Shown here: positions 27,766-38,155 of the stretch, piece after piece
How positions within the stretch are numbered: position 1 is the first letter of the stretch
How the letters are laid out: each line of letters begins with the position of its first letter
DNA from: Candidatus Aenigmatarchaeota archaeon
GTDB taxonomy: Archaea; Aenigmatarchaeota; Aenigmatarchaeia; CG10238-14; SCSR01
Length of the DNA: 64,000 nucleotides
Direction: 5' to 3'
Assembly (NCBI GenBank): GCA_039091335.1
Contig: JAWCME010000002.1
Coordinates: 8,735-72,734, forward strand
Position numbers and translations under genes: made by a program
The notes under the pieces: generated by a model
The model's database searches: none
The model's input: only the letters and a program-made list of their open reading frames with translations
What the model was told of the DNA's origin: nothing

Positions 27766-28698
27766 TTAAGAAAGCTTAGTTAAATATTCATATGCAGAAA
27801 GGGCAGCCTTAGCTCCTTCTCCAGCAGCGATTATTATTTGCTTCCATTTTACGTCTGTCACATCTCCAGCAGCAAAAAGACCAGGAACACTTGTGTTACA
27901 GTTTTGGTCTACATCTATTTCATTCTTTTCGTTTAAAACCAATCCCTCCGGAACTTCAAAACTGATGCTTGGTTCTAATCCAATCTCTACCACAACTCCC
28001 CTTACCTTTAAATCAATCCCCTTTTTTGTTATTAAGTCAATTACTTCTATTCCTTCTACCTTTCCTTCTCCCTTTATTTCATTCACCTTTGTATTGTTAA
28101 AAATCTTTACAAACTTCAATTCCTTTACTTTTTCTATCAATATCTCATCACCAGTCAATTCAGGAGCAATGTTGATCAAATATATTTTATTTGTAAACTT
28201 TGCTAGCTCTAAAACAGCCTGTAAAGCGGAATTGCCACCACCTATTACTGCGACTGGCTTATCCTTGAAAAATACTGCATCACAAATCGCACAATAAGTT
28301 ACCCCTTTTCCAATAAGCCTTTTTTCTCCAGGAACATTAAGGCTACGTGGCTTTTTTCCAGTTGCAATGATAACGCTTTTTGCCCAGTAAACACCGTTTT
28401 CTGTTTCTACTTTAAAAAGTTTGTCTATCTTCTTTATCGACCGAACCACTTCTTGTATAACCTTTATTTTAAAAACCTTTAGGTGTTCATCAAATCTTCT
28501 AACAAGTTCTTGCCCAGGAATCATCGTAAAGCCAGTATAGTTTTCTACATCAGTAGATAAATTTGCTTGTCCACCTATATCTAGGGTTAAAACAAGTATA
28601 TCAAGTTTTTTTCTCGCTAGATAAATTGCTGCTGTTATTCCTGCAGGACCAGCACCAACTATTATAGAATCATAAGGAACTATAGATGCTACTTTCAT
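27766..28698 (-). CDS. trxB: thioredoxin reductase
   Basis: GAGPAG, redox-active CAICD, GGGNSA and GDV motifs. Confidence 0.88.
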   Translation of the reverse strand: MKVASIVPYDSIIVGAGPAGITAAIYLARKKLDILVLTLDIGGQANLSTDVENYTGFTMIPGQELVRRFDEHLKVFKIKVIQEVVRSIKKIDKLFKVETENGVYWAKSVIIATGKKPRSLNVPGEKRLIGKGVTYCAICDAVFFKDKPVAVIGGGNSALQAVLELAKFTNKIYLINIAPELTGDEILIEKVKELKFVKIFNNTKVNEIKGEGKVEGIEVIDLITKKGIDLKVRGVVVEIGLEPSISFEVPEGLVLNEKNEIDVDQNCNTSVPGLFAAGDVTDVKWKQIIIAAGEGAKAALSAYEYLTKLS

Positions 28699-28718
28699 TC
28701 TCTCTAATTAATTTTAAA

Positions 28719-29579
28719 TTAATATCTTATAAAATTCTTTATTACATTTGGAATTTCTTCTATTAAATCGCTTGTAATAATACCCTCGCTGTATTTTTTT
28801 GCTGCAATTTCTCCACTTTTTCCGTTAATGTATGCTGCAGCGCAGGCTGCGGTAAAAACATCTACATTTCTTGCAAGATATGCTCCTAAGATTCCAGCCA
28901 AAGTATCACCCATTCCCCCTTTTGTCATTACAGGGGAGCCAGTTCTATTTAAAGCAACTTTAGTTCCATCAGAGATCACATCAACATGACCCTTTAACAA
29001 TATTGTTGTTTTAAGTTTTTTTGCAGTTTCTCTAACAACCTCAGCCCTTTCTTTTAAATTTTTTGAGACCTTAACCCCAGACAACACATACATTTCAAAG
29101 GAGTGGGGGGTAAGAACAAAATTTTTGTTTTTTATTACCTCCTTTTTTAATGAGATTGCGTGAATTGCATCAGCGTCTATTACACAGGGCAAATCAAGAT
29201 TTTTAAGATATTCTAAAACAGCATCAAAAACTTCTTCTTTCCTACAAAGCCCACCTCCTATAACAACAGCACTCTTGTTTTTTGTGAATTCGATTAGCTC
29301 TGGCAAATGTTTTTTATTTAAAAACTCTCCTTTCAAAGGATACGCTATCAAGTCTGGCAAAAAAGATGCTATGATATTTGCAGCCCTTTCCGGTGCAAGT
29401 ATTGTTACTAAATCTACCCCGGCCCTTAAAGCGGCCAATGCATTAAATACAGGAGAACCAGAATAATGTTTGCTTCCTCCTATAACCAATAAATGTCCAA
29501 AACAATATTTATGCGACCAAGCGTCTCTCTTCCTATAGATTTTTTTGAGAACACTTTCATTCACTTCAATCATTTTCAT
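28719..29579 (-). CDS. NAD(P)H-hydrate dehydratase (YjeF C-terminal type)
   Basis: GSKHYSGSPV...KGGMGDTLAGILG pattern. Confidence 0.8.
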   Translation of the reverse strand: MKMIEVNESVLKKIYRKRDAWSHKYCFGHLLVIGGSKHYSGSPVFNALAALRAGVDLVTILAPERAANIIASFLPDLIAYPLKGEFLNKKHLPELIEFTKNKSAVVIGGGLCRKEEVFDAVLEYLKNLDLPCVIDADAIHAISLKKEVIKNKNFVLTPHSFEMYVLSGVKVSKNLKERAEVVRETAKKLKTTILLKGHVDVISDGTKVALNRTGSPVMTKGGMGDTLAGILGAYLARNVDVFTAACAAAYINGKSGEIAAKKYSEGIITSDLIEEIPNVIKNFIRY

Positions 29580-29616
29580 AATTTAATTATACTGTTTATT
29601 ATTAATTAAGAGAGGA

Positions 29617-30108
29617 ATGAAAAAAATAAGGGTTGGTATCTTTTCATTTACTTGTGATGAAGGATGTAGTATGAGCATACTTGAAATATTAAATAAAAAA
29701 TTTTTTGAATGGAAGGATTTTATTAAAATAGAACATTTCAGGCTTTTGAAATCAAAGAGCAGAACAAAAAATTTAGATGTTGCGTTTATAGAAGGAGCAA
29801 TATCAACATTTAAAGAAAAGAAAAGTATAGAGGAAATAAGAAAAAATTGTAAAAAAATTGTTTTGATTGGGAGCTGTGCAATTAGCGGTTCTCCTTCAAA
29901 CGCAAGAAATTTTTTTGATGAAGAAAGAAAAAAAGAGATTCAAGGGATTATTAAAAAATTTGGTCATATGGAAAAGGTTTTTGCGGCGAGTGAAATAATT
30001 AAGGCAGACTATTATGTTTTTGGATGTCCGATAGAAGAAAGGTGTTTTGTTGAGACGATGGAAAAAATTTTAAAGGAATTTGGTGTTAAGGGTGCATCAT
30101 GGGTTTGA
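29617..30108 (+). CDS. [NiFe]-hydrogenase small subunit, short group 3-like
   Basis: 163 aa. Cys ligand pattern CDEGC, GSCA and GCP, consistent with a proximal cluster only. Confidence 0.75.
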   Translation: MKKIRVGIFSFTCDEGCSMSILEILNKKFFEWKDFIKIEHFRLLKSKSRTKNLDVAFIEGAISTFKEKKSIEEIRKNCKKIVLIGSCAISGSPSNARNFFDEERKKEIQGIIKKFGHMEKVFAASEIIKADYYVFGCPIEERCFVETMEKILKEFGVKGASWV

Positions 30109-31369
30109 GTTGAATATAGATGGTATAAGTAAGACAGAGGGGCATGCTGGTCTTGAAATAAAAGTAAGGAATAATAAAGTGGAGGAAGTAAAATTAAAGG
30201 TAAGCGAGAACAAAAGGTTTTTCACGCAAGCAGTTAGGGGGAAAAAATTTTATGAGGTTCCAAATTTTCTATCTAGGATATGTGGTACTTGCAGTATTGC
30301 ACATGTGCTCGCATCCATAGAAGCCATAGAAAGGGCTTTGGGTATTGAAATTTCACATCAAACAATTGTGCTAAGAAGGTTACTTATGTTTGGTTTGATT
30401 ATAAGGGACCATGCGATGCATCTCTATTTTCTTTCCTTGCCAGACGTATTTAAAAAAGATTCTATAATTGAGCTTTTAGAAAAAAAGCCAGAAATTGTAA
30501 GAGATGCATTTGAAATCAAGGCTGCTGGAAACAGCATTAGCAAGCTAGTTGGTGGAAGGGCAATCCACCCCTATCTATGCACCATAGGTGGTTTTTTGAA
30601 AATTCCAAAAGAAGAAGAGATAAGAAAAACATTGAAAGAATTGAAGGCGATTAGGGAAAAAATTTTCCCACTTCTCGAAATCTTTTACGATTCAAACCTA
30701 TCTTTTGAAAATGAAACAAACTATGTTGCCCTTTGCACACCAAGTTTTGACTTTTTGGAAGGTGAAATAAGAAGTTCAGATGGCTTAATCATTCCTGAAG
30801 ATAGGTTTTGGGATTTTGTAAACAGGGTTGTTTTGCCTTACTCTCAATCAACAGCCTTCCAATTTTCAGGCAAGCCTTATAGGGTTGGGGCTTTGGCAAG
30901 AATAAACTTAAACTCAAAAGCATTGGATGAGGATACAAAGAAAGATGTCAAAATTTACTTAAAAAAATTCCCTTCTCACAACATTTTTTATAACAATCTT
31001 GCACAAGGAATAGAAATACTTCACTCAATAGACGCTTCAATAAAAATACTTGAGGGGTATGATTTCAAGGAAGAAAGAATAAAAGAAATAAAGGTAAAGG
31101 AAGGGGAGGGGGTTGGTGTGGTAGAAGCACCAAGGGGAACTCTTTATCATATGGTTTACTTGGATTCAGAAGGCAAAGTTAGATTTATGAATCTTGTGAT
31201 ACCAACTGCCCAAAACCAAATCCAAATGGAGCTTGACATAAGAGATTTAGTGCAGAAAAATTTAGGGAAGAGAAAACACTCAATACAACACAAGGTTGAG
31301 GCTTTGATAAGGGCGTATGACCCATGTTTTAGCTGTGCAAGCCATTTCTTAAAGGTTAGATGGGTCTGA
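30080..31369 (+). CDS. [NiFe]-hydrogenase large subunit
   Basis: N-terminal RICGTCSIAH and C-terminal DPCFSCASH Ni-binding motifs. Start ambiguous (TTG/GTG at 30080-30110). Confidence 0.88.
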   Translation: MVLRVHHGFELNIDGISKTEGHAGLEIKVRNNKVEEVKLKVSENKRFFTQAVRGKKFYEVPNFLSRICGTCSIAHVLASIEAIERALGIEISHQTIVLRRLLMFGLIIRDHAMHLYFLSLPDVFKKDSIIELLEKKPEIVRDAFEIKAAGNSISKLVGGRAIHPYLCTIGGFLKIPKEEEIRKTLKELKAIREKIFPLLEIFYDSNLSFENETNYVALCTPSFDFLEGEIRSSDGLIIPEDRFWDFVNRVVLPYSQSTAFQFSGKPYRVGALARINLNSKALDEDTKKDVKIYLKKFPSHNIFYNNLAQGIEILHSIDASIKILEGYDFKEERIKEIKVKEGEGVGVVEAPRGTLYHMVYLDSEGKVRFMNLVIPTAQNQIQMELDIRDLVQKNLGKRKHSIQHKVEALIRAYDPCFSCASHFLKVRWV

Positions 31370-32161
31370 AAGCAAATTTACAAGCTTTTGAACAATGTTT
31401 TTTTTCTTTGAAATAGGAATACATATTATTTTAAAACTTTCAATAAGTCCCAATCTCTTCAAAATTCTTAGCTCAAAACTTAAATCAAAGTCGTGCATAG
31501 AAAAAATCTTTTCTCTTTTTATTCTTTTAAAATCTTCTATTATCTCAACATTTTTTATTCCTTTTGCGACATCCATTATGATGAGGTTTTTTCCCTCTTT
31601 CTCCAAGTTCTCAACAACATCAAAAAACGTAAAATTTATCCAAGGAAGTTCATGTTTCAATTTTTTCGCTATGTTTATTGCAACATTGTTTTCCTTCAAA
31701 AGAGGATTTCCAAAAACAAGAATCTTAATTTTTTCTGGTTTATCTACTATATAATTCCAATGAATAACAACAGCATCTCCTGTTCTAACGTCTAAAAAAC
31801 TTCTGTATTTTTTAACCTTTCCACAAACTTTAACCAAGGGATTTTTTCCTACTTTCAAAACCTTACCAAACTTTACTTTACATTTTTCTCTTATTCCAGG
31901 AATTTTATTATGTTCTTTGAGAAAATACCTTCTTATCACTTCTTTGTCTATTTTTTTCTTCCCCATTTTTTTCGCAATTTTTTTGAGATAAAAAAGAGCA
32001 ACTTCAAAAAGTTTTTCATTCCCATCTGGTATTTTTTCTCCAAACTCATGCAGAAACAAAAGCCTTCTTACTTCTTCTCTCCCTATTTTAATCTTTTTTT
32101 TCGGGTTTTCTAGGCAAGGTAATGCATAGGAGAAAAAAATATTTTTATCTTCAATCTCCAT
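31349..32161 (-). CDS. fusion protein: N-terminal unknown region, HypC-like module and hydrogenase maturation endopeptidase
   Basis: The C-terminal half (ILVFGNPLLKENNVAINIA...IIMDVAKG...SMHDFDL) is HycI/HybD-like. The middle CKVKFGKVLKVGKNPLVKVCGKVKKY...GDAVVIHWNYIV aligns to the HypC pattern. Confidence 0.65.
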   Translation of the reverse strand: MEIEDKNIFFSYALPCLENPKKKIKIGREEVRRLLFLHEFGEKIPDGNEKLFEVALFYLKKIAKKMGKKKIDKEVIRRYFLKEHNKIPGIREKCKVKFGKVLKVGKNPLVKVCGKVKKYRSFLDVRTGDAVVIHWNYIVDKPEKIKILVFGNPLLKENNVAINIAKKLKHELPWINFTFFDVVENLEKEGKNLIIMDVAKGIKNVEIIEDFKRIKREKIFSMHDFDLSFELRILKRLGLIESFKIICIPISKKKNIVQKLVNLLSDPSNL

Positions 32162-32324
32162 TTTCTATCCTTTCCACTGCAAAATTATTCACACAAACAA
32201 CTCTATCTCCAACCCTTAATCCGTTAATCATTGAAATATTTACTCTTGATTTTTTCCCGTTAAAATTTACTAAAGCTATTTTTCCTTTCAATTTTTCAAC
32301 CTTTCCTATTTTTGAAAAACACAT
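32151..32324 (-). CDS. hypC: hydrogenase maturation chaperone HypC
   Basis: MCFSKIGKVEKL...VGDRVVCVNNFAV. The start must be the Met directly before Cys (32324); the track start at 32348 lies in a TATA-like element. Confidence 0.75.
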   Translation of the reverse strand: MCFSKIGKVEKLKGKIALVNFNGKKSRVNISMINGLRVGDRVVCVNNFAVERIENGD

Positions 32325-32357
32325 ACTAAAAATTAATATAAAAGCCATATAAATTAA

Positions 32358-33386
<1,029 letters not shown>

Positions 33387-33394
33387 CGATTAAA

Positions 33395-34609
33395 ATGGAG
33401 AAAATTTTTACTTTGGATGATTTTGATTTTAACGAAAAAACGGTTCTTGTTAGGGTTGACATAAATGTGCCATACGATGCTTCTACGAAAAAAATTGAAG
33501 ATTCGGAAAGAATTAGGGAGCATGCAATAACGATAAAAGAGCTTGCAGAGAAGAATGCTAAGGTTGTAGTTCTTGCGCATCAGGGAAGAAAAGGTGATCC
33601 AGATTTTATCAATTTAAATCAACACGCATCTCTTTTGAGCAAGCATGTTGGAAAAAAGGTGGAGTTTGTGGATGATGTTGTTGGCGAAAAGGCCATTAAT
33701 AAAATAAAATCAATGAGAGGGGGAGAAATAGTTCTTTTGGATAATGTTAGGTTTTTAGAAGATGAAACTTTAGAGCTATCCCCAAAAGAGCATTCTAAAA
33801 GCAAGATTGTAACTGTTTTATCACCAATCTCAGATTATTTTGTATTAGACGGTTTTTCTGTTTCCCATCGTTCCCATGCTTCTGTTGTTGGTTTTTCAGA
33901 AATTCTGCCTTGTATAGCGGGAAGAATAATGGAAAAAGAACTAAAAGCTCTTGAAAAGTTTTTTGTTGCAAAAAACAAGACATTTGTGCTTGGTGGAGCA
34001 AAGGTTGAAGAGTGTTTGGATATAATTGATTACTTTCTTAAAAAAAAGAAAGAAGAAGTTAGAGTAGTGTTGCTATCTGGTGTTATAGCAGAACTATTTT
34101 TAATATCCAAAGGTTATGAATTGGGAAAAGGAACAAAAGATTTTTTAATAAAAAAAGATTATTTGAAGTTTATACCGCAAATAAAAGAAATCATTCAAAA
34201 ACATGGAGAAAAAATTGAGCTACCAATAGATTTTGCTGTTGAGGTAAACGGAGGGAGAAAAGAATTTGACTTGGAGGATTTGCCTGTAGAGCAACAAATT
34301 TTAGATATAGGAAAAAAGACTGCGCTCAAATATTCAAAAGAAATTGAGGCTTCAGAATTTATAATTTTTAAAGGCCCTGCAGGAGTTTATGAGAAGAAGA
34401 ATTTTGAATTTGGTACTAAAATTCTTTTAGATGCAATAACAAATTCCAAGGCATTTTCTTTAGCAGGGGGCGGGGATACTCTAACTGCAATAGAAAAATT
34501 GAATGTGGATAAAGGCAAATTTTCATACATAAGTCTAGGGGGTGGGGCTTTAATTACATATCTTTCTGGAAAAAATATGCCTGGGATAGAAATATTGAAA
34601 AAACTATAA
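33395..34609 (+). CDS. pgk: phosphoglycerate kinase
   Basis: VLVRVDINVP, hinge and GGGDT motifs. Confidence 0.93.
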   Translation: MEKIFTLDDFDFNEKTVLVRVDINVPYDASTKKIEDSERIREHAITIKELAEKNAKVVVLAHQGRKGDPDFINLNQHASLLSKHVGKKVEFVDDVVGEKAINKIKSMRGGEIVLLDNVRFLEDETLELSPKEHSKSKIVTVLSPISDYFVLDGFSVSHRSHASVVGFSEILPCIAGRIMEKELKALEKFFVAKNKTFVLGGAKVEECLDIIDYFLKKKKEEVRVVLLSGVIAELFLISKGYELGKGTKDFLIKKDYLKFIPQIKEIIQKHGEKIELPIDFAVEVNGGRKEFDLEDLPVEQQILDIGKKTALKYSKEIEASEFIIFKGPAGVYEKKNFEFGTKILLDAITNSKAFSLAGGGDTLTAIEKLNVDKGKFSYISLGGGALITYLSGKNMPGIEILKKL

Positions 34610-34801
34610 CTTCTTTACGATTTCAATTATTATTTTGTTTCTCAGCCCTTGGTCTTTAAATACTTCTTCTATTATCATATTCCTTAATTTTTCTTTGTCT
34701 ATTGATTCCATTAAAATGTTTGTTATTTTTTCTGTAATTTCTTGACTTGTCTTTGCGCCCTCTACTATAGATTTTATAATTTTTTCATCAACATCTTCCA
34801 T
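34604..34801 (-). CDS. hypothetical small helical protein
   Basis: 65-aa ORF with no recognisable family. Confidence 0.3.
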   Translation of the reverse strand: MEDVDEKIIKSIVEGAKTSQEITEKITNILMESIDKEKLRNMIIEEVFKDQGLRNKIIIEIVKKL

Positions 34802-35024
34802 AGCTATCTATTTAAGATAGATGGTAAAAGATTTATCTTTTACATTAACTCTTTTTAAATGTTAAAATGGGTTTGACGGAAGAAGTATTTGAAATAATAA
34901 TTTCCAATTTAAAAAAAGATGAAGAGCTGTTTAATGAAGTGGTTAATTTCTTAAACAGACAAGAAAAAAGGGAAGTATTAACTGCTTTTTTAAAGAGGGT
35001 TTTAATAGAGGCAAGTGAAAAAAT

Positions 35025-35699
35025 CTATTCTTGAATAGCTTTAGCGAAATCTTCTAAAACATTTGTTGGTTTTTCCGAATTTACAACAGCAGACGCAACC
35101 AATATCCCCTTGGTTCCAAGTTTTAAGGCTGCTTTAACATCACTACCAGAGCTGATTCCAGCACCACATAAAACCTTGATTCTGGGATTGATCCTTCTAA
35201 TTTCATCAACAAACTTTTTCACACTGTAAGCTTTAACCTTTGATATTGCCCTTCCACTTCCAATGAGAAGTGGGTCTTCAAAAGCGATGAAATCTGGACT
35301 AAGACGTGCAATTTTTTTTGCCTTTTCCAAGCTTTCTGAGCAAACAACAGAAACCAAGTCGTATTTTCTTGCTATTTCCAAGCATTTTTCAATTCTACTT
35401 AAATCAATTTTTTTCTCAGAATGATTTATTATTGTTCCTATTGCCCCAGCTTCTCTTATCGCCATTGCAGTAATGTGTCCAGTATAAGCACCTTCCTCTA
35501 CAGCATCTATATGTTGTGCAAATACCTTTACCTTAGTTTTTTCAGAAATAGTTTTAATGTCTGTGTATTGTGGGGCCACTGCTATCTCAACACCATATTT
35601 TTTAGAAACCATCTCGCACGCTTTAGCAATTTTTAATGCATTCCTTCCCGTTCCTTTCTTATAACATTTAAAATTAACAAGGATTAGCGGAATTTCCAT
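35025..35699 (-). CDS. tpiA: triosephosphate isomerase, short archaeal type
   Basis: 224 aa. LILVNFKCY...INHSEKK...GAGISSG pattern. Confidence 0.9.
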   Translation of the reverse strand: MEIPLILVNFKCYKKGTGRNALKIAKACEMVSKKYGVEIAVAPQYTDIKTISEKTKVKVFAQHIDAVEEGAYTGHITAMAIREAGAIGTIINHSEKKIDLSRIEKCLEIARKYDLVSVVCSESLEKAKKIARLSPDFIAFEDPLLIGSGRAISKVKAYSVKKFVDEIRRINPRIKVLCGAGISSGSDVKAALKLGTKGILVASAVVNSEKPTNVLEDFAKAIQE

Positions 35700-35732
35700 A
35701 ACATTAATTTAATTCTAAATCAAATAAATAAT

Positions 35733-36857
35733 ATGGCAGAAAAAATTACATTGAGCTTGATTAAGGCAGATATAGGAAGTGTTTGTGGCCATCATGTCGT
35801 GCACCCAAAACAAATTGAACTTGCAAAAAAGTTGCTCGAGTCTTCTAAGAAAAAAGGCAAGATAATAGATTATTATGTTTTTAATTGTGGCGATGATTTA
35901 GAGCTACTATTTACTCATAGGGAAGGAGAAAACAACCCAAAAATTCACGAAATGGCATGGAATGTATTTAAGGAAGTTACCGAAAAGGTTTCAAAAAAAC
36001 TAAAGCTTTATGCTGCAGGTCAAGACCTTCTAGTAGAAACATTTTCTGGGAACGTAAAAGGAATGGGTCCTGGTGTTGCTGAAATGGAAATAGAAGAGAG
36101 GCCATCAGAATCTATTGTTGTTTTTGCTGCTGATAAAACAGAGCCAGGAGCATGGAATTTACCCTTGTATAAAATTTTTGCTGACCCGTCTAATACAGCA
36201 GGTCTAATACTTTCTGAAGACATGTCTTACGGATTTACTTTTAGAGTTCTTGATGTGATCGAAGGTAAGTACATAGACTTAAACTGCCCAGAGGACATCT
36301 ATAACCTCATTTCCTTAATAGGAACGACAGGAAGGTTTGTTGTTGAAAGGGTATTTAGAAGAAAGGATAAAATGCTTGCTGCTGTTGCAAGCACCACAAG
36401 ACTAAGAATAATCGCTCATCGATATACCGGAAAGGACGACCCAGTTTTGATGATAAGGTTACAACACCAATTCCCTGCTCTTGGGGAAGTTCTTTCAGCA
36501 TTTGTACCTGCTTATTTAGTTAGTGGAGCAATGCGTGGTTCTCATCGCCTACCACTACTTCCAGTCAGCCTTAAAGATGCAAAATGTTCTTACTGGGACG
36601 GTCCACCAAGATGTGTAGCACTTGGTTTTAACTTGTGCGAAGGAAAAATTGTTGGAAAAGGAGATGAACCAGCAGACCTTTTTGACGATCCTGCCTTTGA
36701 TTATGCAAGACTGAAGGCAATGGAAATTTCTCAGTATATAAGGCAGCATGGCGAATTTGAACCAGCAAGACTTCCAGAAGAAGACTTGGAATATCTTGGT
36801 ATATCCAAAATAAGAGAAAAATTGAAGGAAAGATGGGTGAAATTGAAGGAGCAGTGA
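35733..36857 (+). CDS. fbp: fructose-1,6-bisphosphate aldolase/phosphatase (class V FBPase)
   Basis: ITLSLIKADIGSVCGHH N-terminus and the family length of about 370 aa. Confidence 0.93.
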   Translation: MAEKITLSLIKADIGSVCGHHVVHPKQIELAKKLLESSKKKGKIIDYYVFNCGDDLELLFTHREGENNPKIHEMAWNVFKEVTEKVSKKLKLYAAGQDLLVETFSGNVKGMGPGVAEMEIEERPSESIVVFAADKTEPGAWNLPLYKIFADPSNTAGLILSEDMSYGFTFRVLDVIEGKYIDLNCPEDIYNLISLIGTTGRFVVERVFRRKDKMLAAVASTTRLRIIAHRYTGKDDPVLMIRLQHQFPALGEVLSAFVPAYLVSGAMRGSHRLPLLPVSLKDAKCSYWDGPPRCVALGFNLCEGKIVGKGDEPADLFDDPAFDYARLKAMEISQYIRQHGEFEPARLPEEDLEYLGISKIREKLKERWVKLKEQ

Positions 36858-36877
36858 ATTAAAAAAGTAAATATAAT

Positions 36878-38119
36878 TTATTCCATACGTTCTGCAAATA
36901 GTCTTGATTTAAAATCAGAAATAATTGCCATGAAATTTGCAAATCCGTCTTGGGGAGACGGAAAGCATGAAAAGTATCTATGTACATCACCATCTCCCCA
37001 CCACTTTGTACATATATAATAAAGATGATCGCTCGTTTGGAGTAGGCGCCAAATTCTTTTAAATTCTTGATTTTTAGATTTTTTTATAATTCCCTCAAGA
37101 TTTTTTATCTCCTCAAAACAAATTTGTTGCATCCTATTCCCAAGCCAAGCTGAAACATCCCTTTCCATATCAGCCCATGAAGATGTACAAAATTCAAAAA
37201 CATCTATCTCACCAACAGGATAATTCTTTTTTATGGTTTCAGATGGCGTTGAAAATTGTAATTGTTCGTACTTTAATATTTCATAAGGCAATGCTTTCAA
37301 AAACCAAAATATACCAGACTCTGGCCAATGGTGCTCTCCAAATGTTTCATAATCCATGAAAAGGTTTATGCATTGTCCTGGGGTTGCATTTATCCATGCA
37401 GCAAACTTGTCTGCTGTCAACGGCCACTGATCCCAATCTTTAGCTGAAAATCTGTAGCCAATGTCGTCGCTTAGCCTATAATTCCTTAATAAAACCCTAA
37501 TCCTTTTATCTTGTCCTGGGTCATTCGGAAAACAAAACTTCCTTATATAAACATAATTTGGACTTCTCCATCCCAAAATTCTTTCAGCGCCCTCAGTAAA
37601 AATTCCTTTAAACCCGAGATCTTCTACAATCTTTGCTATTATATTGTTGTAAATCATTTCTGTATTAACAAAAACTTTTGGCTCTACACCAAAAAATTCC
37701 TTCATGGCTTGAGTATGCATCTTAACCTGTTCTACAAACTCTTCTTTTGATTCAAAAAGACTTGATAGGGAATGATAATATGTTTCTCCCAAAAATTCAA
37801 CGCAACCGGTTCTACCCAATTCCTTAAAGCTTTCAATCACATCTTCATTAAACATCTTACACAGTTCTAAAAAAACCCCAGTTATTGAAAAACTGACTTT
37901 GAATTTTTTCTTTTCTCCTTTAAGGTTGTCTATTGCTTCAAGAAGAATCGAGTTGGCGTTTAGATAGCACCTGTTTGCAATTCTGTCAAAAACAAACTTA
38001 TTCAAACCATGGTTGAAATAATTGTAAAAAATGTTTTCGTTTTTTATGTTTCCGTTTGGCTGAAAATTTGCTATTCTAAATGGCTGATGAACCTTGAAGC
38101 AAAGATTTATATCTACCAT
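36878..38119 (-). CDS. glycoside hydrolase family 57 protein
   Basis: N-terminal FKVHQPFR (HQP motif) and GH57-like layout. Confidence 0.75.
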   Translation of the reverse strand: MVDINLCFKVHQPFRIANFQPNGNIKNENIFYNYFNHGLNKFVFDRIANRCYLNANSILLEAIDNLKGEKKKFKVSFSITGVFLELCKMFNEDVIESFKELGRTGCVEFLGETYYHSLSSLFESKEEFVEQVKMHTQAMKEFFGVEPKVFVNTEMIYNNIIAKIVEDLGFKGIFTEGAERILGWRSPNYVYIRKFCFPNDPGQDKRIRVLLRNYRLSDDIGYRFSAKDWDQWPLTADKFAAWINATPGQCINLFMDYETFGEHHWPESGIFWFLKALPYEILKYEQLQFSTPSETIKKNYPVGEIDVFEFCTSSWADMERDVSAWLGNRMQQICFEEIKNLEGIIKKSKNQEFKRIWRLLQTSDHLYYICTKWWGDGDVHRYFSCFPSPQDGFANFMAIISDFKSRLFAERME

Positions 38120-38155
38120 CTATTCTTATTTAATTTCACCTTAAATAAATTAATT

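Noticed and set aside
34867-35034. An unlisted 55-aa plus-strand ORF (MGLTEEVFEIIISNLKKDEELFNEVV...) in the gap before tpiA.
   Set aside because: It has no recognisable family and no SD, and its end overlaps the convergent tpiA. It is kept only as a possibility.
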